Shown one piece after another: positions 41,751-49,294 of a stretch of DNA of 64,000 nucleotides. Under the pieces are notes generated by a model that saw only the letters and a program-made list of their open reading frames with translations, was not told the origin of the DNA and searched no databases. The position numbers and the translations under genes were made by a program. The DNA lies in assembly GCA_964452165.1 (NCBI GenBank), contig CAYVKP010000001.1:554729-618728 (forward strand). Direction: 5' to 3'. The stretch is from an uncultured Gammaproteobacteria bacterium (GTDB taxonomy: Bacteria > Patescibacteriota > Microgenomatia > Levybacterales > GWA1-39-11). Every line of letters begins with the position of its first letter. Position 1 is the stretch's first letter.

Positions 41751-43048
41751 AATATTTTTTTGCCTGTTATTATTTTTCTCGCTTCAAGCATTGCAGAGTA
41801 GGTTGGAAGAATAAATAAAGTCTCGTCCGGTTTTGTTTGTTCGCACGAGGCATCAATTGCCGTTTCAAGCTCCGGAAAAATATTTGTCTCAAGTTTCCGG
41901 TCCCCCAGATATCGAATGCGAAGTCCCATATCATAAGCGCGGTCTCCGGAGATAAGGATTTTTGCATCAGTTGGTAAATTTTCAAAATCTACGTCCCAAA
42001 TCCATGAGACGTCACGTCCATCCGGGATCCTATCATTGAGAACGAGTAAAATATTACCTTTTTTCCGCAGATCGCGGATTGCATCAATTGACTGATTAAA
42101 GCCGGCGGGATTTTTTGATAGAAGCATAACAATCTCGCGATTTTTATATTTTAAGATTTCCTGGCGGCCAAATGCAGGCTTAAAACCTTCAAGCGCCTCT
42201 CCAATTTTCTTTCCCGAAACACCAAAGACTTTATTTGCTACGAGCGCCGCGGCATTAACGTTGTAAATATTGTATTTACCAAAGAGCGTATGGGGTAGCT
42301 CGGGGAAAGTTGAAGATTTGGGGTTTGTGAATCCACATTTTGGACACTTGAAGCGACCTAAATGTGAATAAGAAATCTTTGAATATTGAAGCTTGGTCTG
42401 ACAGTTAGGACAATATGTAAAATCAACATCATACGGCTTCTTTCCTGCTTCCATCAACTTCTCGTCAATTCCAAAATAGTATACGTTCTTCATTCCAACA
42501 TTCCATGGAATACTGGATAGTTTTGGATCGTCTCCGTTTGTAATAACGATTGTTTGCTCGTGTAGATTTGAAAGGGCTTCTTCCCATTTCTTGGCAACGG
42601 TGTTTACTTCTCCGTACCGGTCCAATTGATCTCGAAAAAGATTTAAAAGCAGGATTGCTGTGGGGTTGGTTTGTTTGAGCGCTAAAGAAAAATTATTCTC
42701 ATCAGTCTCAAAAATGGCAACATCATAGTTTAAGGCCCCGGTTAAGTCTGATTTTGAAATTAAAGTTGAGGCTATTCCATTGAGGAGATTGGCTCCTGCT
42801 TCATTTCTGAAAACTCGCATTCCTGTCTTTTCCAATATCTTCTGTAGCATAAGAGTTGTTGTAGTTTTTCCGTTGGTCCCGGCAATAAAAATGACTTTTA
42901 AGTCGGAATTTTTTGCCAAAATTTGCTTAACAAACTTAGAATTTGTTTCCATCGCAACATGTCCCGGCCACGTGGAGCCGCTGCCTAGTTTTAAAGTTTG
43001 GGAAATTAGCAAAACCAGTTTACCCAGCAATATCAGGAAGAAGTTCAT
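41747..43048 (-). CDS. murT: Mur-ligase-family lipid II amidation protein MurT
   Basis: Mur ligase P-loop IFIAGTNGKTTTT, a Cys4 ribbon CPNCQTKL...CPKCG, and a C-terminal DUF1727-like region. Confidence 0.8.
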   Translation of the reverse strand: MNFFLILLGKLVLLISQTLKLGSGSTWPGHVAMETNSKFVKQILAKNSDLKVIFIAGTNGKTTTTLMLQKILEKTGMRVFRNEAGANLLNGIASTLISKSDLTGALNYDVAIFETDENNFSLALKQTNPTAILLLNLFRDQLDRYGEVNTVAKKWEEALSNLHEQTIVITNGDDPKLSSIPWNVGMKNVYYFGIDEKLMEAGKKPYDVDFTYCPNCQTKLQYSKISYSHLGRFKCPKCGFTNPKSSTFPELPHTLFGKYNIYNVNAAALVANKVFGVSGKKIGEALEGFKPAFGRQEILKYKNREIVMLLSKNPAGFNQSIDAIRDLRKKGNILLVLNDRIPDGRDVSWIWDVDFENLPTDAKILISGDRAYDMGLRIRYLGDRKLETNIFPELETAIDASCEQTKPDETLFILPTYSAMLEARKIITGKKIL

Positions 43049-43068
43049 GTGTTAATTATACTCGCAAG

Positions 43069-43965
43069 CTACATCTCTCGCAAAATTTTAATTCTGTCTT
43101 CAATGGGTGGGTGAGTGGAGAAGAGGTTTGCAAAAAAACCGGCAACTTTTCTTCCTTTGAATGGATCGGATATGTACAAATGTGCAGTGCCGGCGGTTGC
43201 ATGTTTTAGAGGCTTTGTGTCTTTTGAGATCTTTTCAAGAGCATCTGCGAGCCCATCAGGATAGCGAGTAAGAAGTGCGCCATCGGCATCGGCCAAATAT
43301 TCTCGACGACGCGAAACGGCAAGCTGAATAAGGGTAGCGGCGATTGGAGCAAGGATTGCAAAAACTATGCCGATTATTATAAAAATCCCAGAGCTATCGT
43401 TTCTGTCACGGTCATCTCCACGGAACCACATAGATCTCATAAAAACATCTGCCAAAATTGCGATTGAACCAACTAAAATTGAGACTACGCTCATAAGTCT
43501 AGTATCATAATTGCCAACGTGAGAGAGCTCGTGCGCAATAACTCCTTCAAGCTCGGCTTTGTTAAGTTTTTCAAGAATTCCGGTCGTTGCTGCAACAACA
43601 GCATGTTTGGGATCACGGCCGGTTGCGAATGCGTTTGGAGACGCGTCCTCCACCACATAAACTTTTGGCATTGGAAGGCCGGCCCCAATCGCAAGATTTT
43701 CAACGGTCGTGTAGAGAGTTCTATAAGTTGCCTTGTCGGCAAGCTTTGCTCCGTTTAGCGCAAGAACAATCTTGTCGGAATTGTAGTAGGAAATAAAAGA
43801 TATTATTCCTGAAATTACTAGCATTATCCCGGCCCAAGACGTTCCGTATCCCAGGGCGCGTCCTATGACGTAGGAGACAGTTACAAAGAAAACAACAAAC
43901 AGAATCATGATGATCCATGTTTTTGTTTTGTTGGAGCCAATCTGGTTATAGATATTTAATGCCAT
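43069..43965 (-). CDS. htpX: HtpX-like M48 zinc metalloprotease
   Basis: HELSHVGNYD is an HExxH motif in a membrane protein with the typical HtpX layout. Confidence 0.8.
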   Translation of the reverse strand: MALNIYNQIGSNKTKTWIIMILFVVFFVTVSYVIGRALGYGTSWAGIMLVISGIISFISYYNSDKIVLALNGAKLADKATYRTLYTTVENLAIGAGLPMPKVYVVEDASPNAFATGRDPKHAVVAATTGILEKLNKAELEGVIAHELSHVGNYDTRLMSVVSILVGSIAILADVFMRSMWFRGDDRDRNDSSGIFIIIGIVFAILAPIAATLIQLAVSRRREYLADADGALLTRYPDGLADALEKISKDTKPLKHATAGTAHLYISDPFKGRKVAGFFANLFSTHPPIEDRIKILREM

Positions 43966-43986
43966 ATGGTAAGGGCCTGAAGAGGA

Positions 43987-44556
43987 TTAAAATTTGACCT
44001 TAATTTCCTTTTTCTCTTCTTCAGTTGCGGCAAAGAAGGGTTCCTGTGTAAAGTGCATCATGTTGGCAAACAAAACGCCGGGAAAAGTCTTAATAGCTGT
44101 ATTATACGAGAGAACATTAGAATTATAAAATTGTCTTGAGTAGGAAATCTTATTCTCTGTATCTGTGAGTTCATCTTGAAGGTCCAAAAAGTTCTGACTT
44201 GCCTTAAGATCCGGATAAGCCTCCGCAACTGCAAAGATAGATTTTAATGCCTCACTTATTTGATTATTGGCTTTGGCTTTTTCCGAAAGTGTCCCGGCCT
44301 GCATAAGACTTGAGCGAGCCTTTGTGACTTCTGAAAAAACCTCTTTCTCGTGTTTTGCATAGCCCTTGACGGTTTCGACAAGATTTGGAATTAAGTCTGT
44401 TCGGCGCTTGAGTTGCACGTCAATTTGTGAAAGAGCTTCATTAATTCTCTCCCTCAAAACGACCAGATTGTTGTATGTGAACCAAAGGTATATAAGTAGA
44501 AGAAAAACTACAAGACCAATCAATAAGAGTGGGTTCATGTCAATATTTTCCCACAA
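43987..44556 (-). CDS. lemA: LemA-family protein
   Basis: N-terminal TM followed by YNNLVVLRERINEALSQIDVQLKRRTDLIPNLVETVKGYAKHEKEVF, the LemA core. Confidence 0.75.
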   Translation of the reverse strand: MWENIDMNPLLLIGLVVFLLLIYLWFTYNNLVVLRERINEALSQIDVQLKRRTDLIPNLVETVKGYAKHEKEVFSEVTKARSSLMQAGTLSEKAKANNQISEALKSIFAVAEAYPDLKASQNFLDLQDELTDTENKISYSRQFYNSNVLSYNTAIKTFPGVLFANMMHFTQEPFFAATEEEKKEIKVKF

Positions 44557-44574
44557 CGGAAGTTGTAAGTCAAA

Positions 44575-46341
44575 CTACTTATTGAGTATCCAGTCGTGTA
44601 GTTTTTTGTAGGAAAATGCGTTGAGAACATCCTTTGGTTGACACCAACCACGTCTGGCAACAGATACTCCGTAAAACATGTTGTCCATTTGGTAAGTTGC
44701 ATGTGCATCCGTGTCTATGGAAAATTTAACTCCTTGTTGTCGCGCTTCATATACAAGGCTATCGACAAGATCAAGTCGGGTGGGCCAAGCGTTTATTTCA
44801 ATAGCCTTGTTATTGCGAACAGTAAAGTCAAAGACTTTATCATAGTCCAGCTCATAACCATCTCTCTGATTTATTAATCTTCCTGATGGGTGTGCAAGAA
44901 TTCTTGCCTTGGGATGGGAAAGGCCCTTAAGGACTCTTTCTGTCATCTCATTTTTGGGAGTTTTGAAAACGCTGTGGATTGAGACTATTGCTCCATCAAT
45001 ATATTCAAGTGCCTTATCGTCAAGGGCAAGGTCTCCGCTTGGAAGAATATCGAGCTCGAGCATATTTAATACTCGTATATTTTTGTTACTCGAATGAAGT
45101 TGATCAATCTTGTCTTTTCTTCTTGCCATAATTGAATAAATTTGATCCTTCGTATGTTTTGATAAATTAGGATTATGTTCTGAAAAGGCAAGATATTCAT
45201 ATCCAAGAGAGCGGGCCTTGGCAAGCATTTGCTCCATGGTATTTTTACCCAGGTCGTGGCTCGGTTCGATAGGATAAGAGGAGTGTATATGTAGGTCTCC
45301 CTTTATGTCTTTTAATTCCACTAAGGTGGGAAGCGCTTTACTCAGTGCCAGATCTATCTCACCTTTATTTTCTCGTATCTCGGGTGGTGGAGTCTGCAGG
45401 CCAAGGAATTCGTAGAACTCCTCCTCGGTCTCAAAAGTTTTCATGGGTTGACCCTTTTCTTTCAAAAGTTTTATTCCTTTCTCAGAAAGCGACCAGCCAT
45501 GCTTTAGTGCATATTCACGAAGCGCGACATTATGATACTTGCTACCTGTAAAGTGTTGAAGGAGTGATCCGAAGCTTTCAGGAGTTTGTGCGATTAAATC
45601 TATTTGCTTTCCTCCTGTGACAAGCATTGAGGAGGAAGCTGTACCTCTTTCTATAACGCGTTCAACTCCGGGGTATTTGGTGAAATGCTCAATTGTTGCG
45701 GTGGGGTTTGTTGTCGCGACTGCAAAATCAACGTCGCCAATCGTATCGCGCATGCGCCTCAGGGATCCAAGAGGCGAGACGTGTTTTGCGTGCGGATCAC
45801 GTCTTAAATACTCCTCAACCTTTTTTGCCAAATCAAAAGCGTAGGGTAGAGGCATTCGAGTCGTTTTGCCCTTGCCTTCACTAAATTCTCCAAGAGCGCG
45901 AAGAATATCGGACTGCGATTTTTCACCAAAAGTTTCAAGCTCCGCGATTCTTCCATCTGTTGCCGCTTTTTTTAGGTCTTCAAACACGGTTTTTGGATCG
46001 TTAAGTTTTAGAGCTGTCACCAGCTTAAATGCTTTTTTGGGACCCAAAGAAACGACATCGAGTAGCGGAAATACGCTCGCCGGAACTTGGCTTAAAATGT
46101 CATCAAAATGTTTTGAATGACCTTTTTCATAAAGCTCCATCAAATGCTCACGAATGGATGTTCCTATTCCCGGAATTTTTTCTCCACTATTTAATAAATC
46201 TTTAAGTTCGGTCGGTAAATGCCCGATTGTATCTGCCGCTTTTTGGTAAGCAAGAAGCTGGAAAATATATTTCTTCTCGTCCTTTATGGAGAAAGCTGCA
46301 GCAACATTTCGCAGTATTTTTGCAACTTCACGGTTAGACAT
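44575..46341 (-). CDS. Family X DNA polymerase with C-terminal PHP phosphoesterase domain
   Basis: An N-terminal Pol beta-like HhH region (GIGTSIREHL) and a C-terminal PHP region (DLHIHSSY...). Confidence 0.8.
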   Translation of the reverse strand: MSNREVAKILRNVAAAFSIKDEKKYIFQLLAYQKAADTIGHLPTELKDLLNSGEKIPGIGTSIREHLMELYEKGHSKHFDDILSQVPASVFPLLDVVSLGPKKAFKLVTALKLNDPKTVFEDLKKAATDGRIAELETFGEKSQSDILRALGEFSEGKGKTTRMPLPYAFDLAKKVEEYLRRDPHAKHVSPLGSLRRMRDTIGDVDFAVATTNPTATIEHFTKYPGVERVIERGTASSSMLVTGGKQIDLIAQTPESFGSLLQHFTGSKYHNVALREYALKHGWSLSEKGIKLLKEKGQPMKTFETEEEFYEFLGLQTPPPEIRENKGEIDLALSKALPTLVELKDIKGDLHIHSSYPIEPSHDLGKNTMEQMLAKARSLGYEYLAFSEHNPNLSKHTKDQIYSIMARRKDKIDQLHSSNKNIRVLNMLELDILPSGDLALDDKALEYIDGAIVSIHSVFKTPKNEMTERVLKGLSHPKARILAHPSGRLINQRDGYELDYDKVFDFTVRNNKAIEINAWPTRLDLVDSLVYEARQQGVKFSIDTDAHATYQMDNMFYGVSVARRGWCQPKDVLNAFSYKKLHDWILNK

Positions 46342-46411
46342 GATGATATTGTAACGCCGCGTTGAATCAAGATCAATAATTTAGTAAAATTAAGACCGCC
46401 CAATTTTTTTT

Positions 46412-46485
46412 GGGGGCGTAGCTCAGTTGGTTAGAGCACCTCCTTGTCAAGGAGGTGGTCGCGGGTTCAAGTCCCGTCGCTCCCG
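46412..46485 (+). tRNA. tRNA-Asp (anticodon GTC)
   Basis: Acceptor GGGGGCG/CGCTCCC, anticodon loop TTGTCAA, T-arm GCGGG-TTCAAGT-CCCGT. Confidence 0.8.
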
Positions 46486-46501
46486 CACATAGTTAGAATT
46501 G

Positions 46502-46530
46502 TTGACAAATAGTTGTCCGGAGTTTAATAT
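46502..46530 (+). promoter_or_regulatory. Sigma70-like promoter (TTGACA-17-TAATAT) for the LysM gene
   Basis: Exact consensus -35 with a 17-nt spacer. It is followed by an 80-nt leader containing the hairpin CCCGCacgGCGGG. Confidence 0.5.
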
Positions 46531-46610
46531 CTTTCTATCCCGCACGGCGGGGAAGGTCCGCGTCCACTGTCCTCGCGAATTTATTCATTTAGAGATTCTT
46601 GCGTAATTTT

Positions 46611-47036
46611 ATGGCTAAAAAAAAGAAAATTAAAAACGAACAGCTTTTACAAATATCTCCATCCTCTTATAAAAGCCTCATGTACGGATTTATAACAGTC
46701 ATAGTATTATTCATAATTCTTTTTCTTGGCGCAAAGCTTTTCTCAAGAGCCCAAAAAGGAGAGATTACGCCTGAAGCAGCCCAAACTCAAGCTGTCGTTA
46801 CACCGACTGTGAGTCCAGCGCCGAGCGAAGCGCCCACTGTTGTTGCGCAGGTTGTCGGTTCTCCTCAACAAAAAATTGTAGGGAATTCCTACAAGGTTGG
46901 GGAAGGAGATAGTTTATGGGACATTTCGGTTCGAGCTTACGGTGACGGCTACCGCTGGCCGGAAATTGCTTCTCTCAACAATATTCAGAATCCCGACCTA
47001 ATCTATCCAGGTCAAGTCTTCAAGCTCCCCAAGTAA
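46611..47036 (+). CDS. LysM-domain membrane-anchored protein
   Basis: N-terminal TM, with a C-terminal LysM domain YKVGEGDSLWDISVRAYGDGYRWPEIASLNNIQNPDLIYPGQVFKLP. Confidence 0.7.
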   Translation: MAKKKKIKNEQLLQISPSSYKSLMYGFITVIVLFIILFLGAKLFSRAQKGEITPEAAQTQAVVTPTVSPAPSEAPTVVAQVVGSPQQKIVGNSYKVGEGDSLWDISVRAYGDGYRWPEIASLNNIQNPDLIYPGQVFKLPK

Positions 47037-47040
47037 TCTG

Positions 47041-47112
47041 AGCGAGGAACGGGAGTCGGACCCGCCACCTTCTCCTTGGGAAGGAGACATTCTACCGCTG
47101 AACTACCCTCGC
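47041..47112 (-). tRNA. tRNA-Gly (anticodon CCC)
   Basis: The reverse complement folds as acceptor GCGAGGG/TCCTCGC, anticodon loop TTCCCAA, T-arm GCGGG-TCCGACT-CCCGT. Confidence 0.8.
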
Positions 47113-47120
47113 GTTTGAAT

Positions 47121-47149
47121 ATTTTATATTTTAGTAAGCCCAAACTCAA
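47121..47149 (-). promoter_or_regulatory. Promoter candidate for tRNA-Gly (TTGAGT-17-TAAAAT, 8 nt to tRNA +1)
   Basis: Minus-strand reading. It sits back-to-back with the plus-strand TTGACA at 47159. Confidence 0.4.
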
Positions 47150-47194
47150 CACTGTCGTTTGACACGCAGTAATCTACATGCTAACAATAAAGAT

Positions 47195-48139
47195 ATGTCG
47201 GTAGATATTGGTGAGATTGGTGCATCTATAAAAGATAGAGCCGTAAGCGCTGTAAGGAGTCCTCATCATTCAAGACTCACAGAAACTAGCACCCAGAAGC
47301 ATAGCCGGCAATCACAAGAGGGGAGACTGGGGGATTTTACTCAACAACAACAGGCAAGGTATGAAGCAACATACAAGCTGCAAGAAAGCCAGCGAAAGGC
47401 AGAGGCAGCACGGCTTGCCCAACAAGTGAAGGACTCTTCCCCCAAAGACGTGTTTGCCACCCTTGCAGGTAAAGTGTCGAAACCTTCCGAGCCCACCGAC
47501 GTAACAACTGCGCCCGAACAAGAGCGCACGGAAGACCTTAGGACATGGTTTGAGCGGACTGCAGACAAGGTTGAAGCAACACGCGCGGACATAAATTTGA
47601 GAAAAAGCGGAAAGCATAAGTATTCGTATCGAAGCCAACAGGAAGATTATCCAGGTCAATGGGAACATACTTTTGCCTATTGGATGAGAAACAGTTCGGA
47701 AAAATCCGGCGAGATTAGCGAAAGACTTAGGCTGTTATCAAATTCCGGAAATGATTACGATAGACAGTTGGCTTCGGCACTTCTTAAACGTTTTAAGCCC
47801 GATAGACATTCTCAGCAACCCAAGGAGTTTGCGCCCGGTAGTCTAGGCTATATACCAAATGAAGAGCATGAAGCCGATAAGTATCTGACGGCAAAACCTT
47901 TATATGTTTTGCAAAGCGATGTTGAATTTAGTACTCCTAATCCTGACCCAGCGTTGACAAAAGTAATAAACCTTGAAGGAACACAGGTTACGCAACGGGT
48001 TGCGAACCTGATTCAAAACACCAAGGCAATGTATGATAAGTTTGGTAAACATATGGGTCACCCAAACGGTATGCCGCATGAGGAGGCTAGGCAGTTTTGG
48101 ACGTTTATAGAAGAACACCCCGATTATACCGTCTGGTAG
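47195..48139 (+). CDS. Hypothetical protein with a Q-rich, disordered N-terminus (first gene of the higher-GC insert)
   Basis: Open frame with no known motif and about 48-50% GC. TTGACA at 47159-47164 and TAACAA at 47182-47187 lie just upstream of the ATG. Confidence 0.45.
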   Translation: MSVDIGEIGASIKDRAVSAVRSPHHSRLTETSTQKHSRQSQEGRLGDFTQQQQARYEATYKLQESQRKAEAARLAQQVKDSSPKDVFATLAGKVSKPSEPTDVTTAPEQERTEDLRTWFERTADKVEATRADINLRKSGKHKYSYRSQQEDYPGQWEHTFAYWMRNSSEKSGEISERLRLLSNSGNDYDRQLASALLKRFKPDRHSQQPKEFAPGSLGYIPNEEHEADKYLTAKPLYVLQSDVEFSTPNPDPALTKVINLEGTQVTQRVANLIQNTKAMYDKFGKHMGHPNGMPHEEARQFWTFIEEHPDYTVW

Positions 48140-48206
48140 AATGTTTCCCCTCGGGTTTGACCCCGGTGTCCTGCCTAAATAGGCTTATCTTTGGTATAAT
48201 CCAGAA

Positions 48207-49241
48207 ATGTTATCGCCCGACTTAAGAAGATTTGGTGAGCCGACTGATCAGGAAAGACGTCTCCCGCCGGGCTTTAAATTGCTCTTGTCGGGGCCTGGGT
48301 CTGTACTTCCGTTTGCTTTTCAGGATGAAAGTTCTACCCAAACTACTCTTGTTACCTCCAAAAACATGGGTATTGCTGCTTCAGTAGGACACGGTTTGAG
48401 TGAATACGCTTTGGCTAGAATCATCTCAGAGTACGCGGAAATCCATGCACTAACAACTTCTCTTGTTGGAGCGAAAAACCTTGTCGTTGCTCGTAACCCC
48501 GTAATCCTGGGGAAGAATATCGATGGAGCTTTGGTCACAAATTCATTACCAGTGCCCCAGCAGCTTGATTTCAATTCACAGGAAATCGGATTTCTCGAGA
48601 CCTACTTTAAGTTATGGCCAAGAGACTCTCATACAGTTTTGGGAGATCAGGTTCTGTCTCGTTCGGACTCTTGGAGAGGGGATTACCCAAAGCGTAAAGT
48701 TTCACTTCTAGGAGAAGGAGGCAAAGTTCTCACTAGGAAGAAGGCCGTTCTTGTAACTCCCGATGTCTGGCGATATGGACGAGACGAGGTAATGGGTCTA
48801 ATGAATTTAGGGTTTAAAGTGGGTAGTATGCCATTTGTGGAAGCAGGTAAACAGGAATATGTCTTCAACGAGGAGCACATAGATGGACATGTGACTCTAA
48901 TAGAAAATGATATGGGGAATATGTATCTATTGGTGGCGAAGTCATATGCCAGGCAAGGAGGCGGAACCGGAAAACAGTTGAGGATTGCCTCAGAGACTGT
49001 TGGAGCAGAGCTTATCGAAATTGAAGATGGTGGTCTGCCTCCGCTGGCTTTTAATTTATTACAATTCGAAGACGGAGCAATTGCTATGACAGACGGGGCA
49101 AAGGAACTCGAGGAGGCAGCAGCCCAGATAATGGGAAAAGAAAGGGTCTTTTCAACCCGGTCTCCGTTAGAAATTATTCCCTCGATGACTCGCGGAGGAA
49201 TTCGCTGTTTGACCAACTTAGTACCGGCAGTTTTGGTTTAA
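48207..49241 (+). CDS. Amidinotransferase-superfamily (agmatine deiminase/PAD-like guanidino-modifying) enzyme
   Basis: The C-terminus SMTRGGIRCLTNLVP resembles the catalytic-Cys motif GG(N)IHCIT of agmatine/arginine deiminases. GHVTLIENDMG lines up with the His region. Confidence 0.45.
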   Translation: MLSPDLRRFGEPTDQERRLPPGFKLLLSGPGSVLPFAFQDESSTQTTLVTSKNMGIAASVGHGLSEYALARIISEYAEIHALTTSLVGAKNLVVARNPVILGKNIDGALVTNSLPVPQQLDFNSQEIGFLETYFKLWPRDSHTVLGDQVLSRSDSWRGDYPKRKVSLLGEGGKVLTRKKAVLVTPDVWRYGRDEVMGLMNLGFKVGSMPFVEAGKQEYVFNEEHIDGHVTLIENDMGNMYLLVAKSYARQGGGTGKQLRIASETVGAELIEIEDGGLPPLAFNLLQFEDGAIAMTDGAKELEEAAAQIMGKERVFSTRSPLEIIPSMTRGGIRCLTNLVPAVLV

Positions 49242-49260
49242 ATCGTGACTCAGTTGCTAT

Positions 49261-49289
49261 TTGACACTTTTGGAGCATTTTGATAATAT
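49261..49289 (+). promoter_or_regulatory. Sigma70-like promoter of pyrG (TTGACA-17-TAATAT), 5 nt before the GTG start
   Basis: Perfect -35 and a strong -10, implying a leaderless or near-leaderless pyrG mRNA. Confidence 0.5.
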
Positions 49290-49294
49290 AAATC

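Noticed and set aside
47041-49241. Classical tRNA-targeted integrative island next to tRNA-Gly
   Set aside because: The tRNA-Gly 3' end at 47041 faces away from the higher-GC insert. No integrase is present and no duplicated tRNA 3' end was found. The 8-mer TTTGACAC at both borders is better explained as two -35 boxes. HGT is still suggested by composition, but not by this mechanism.
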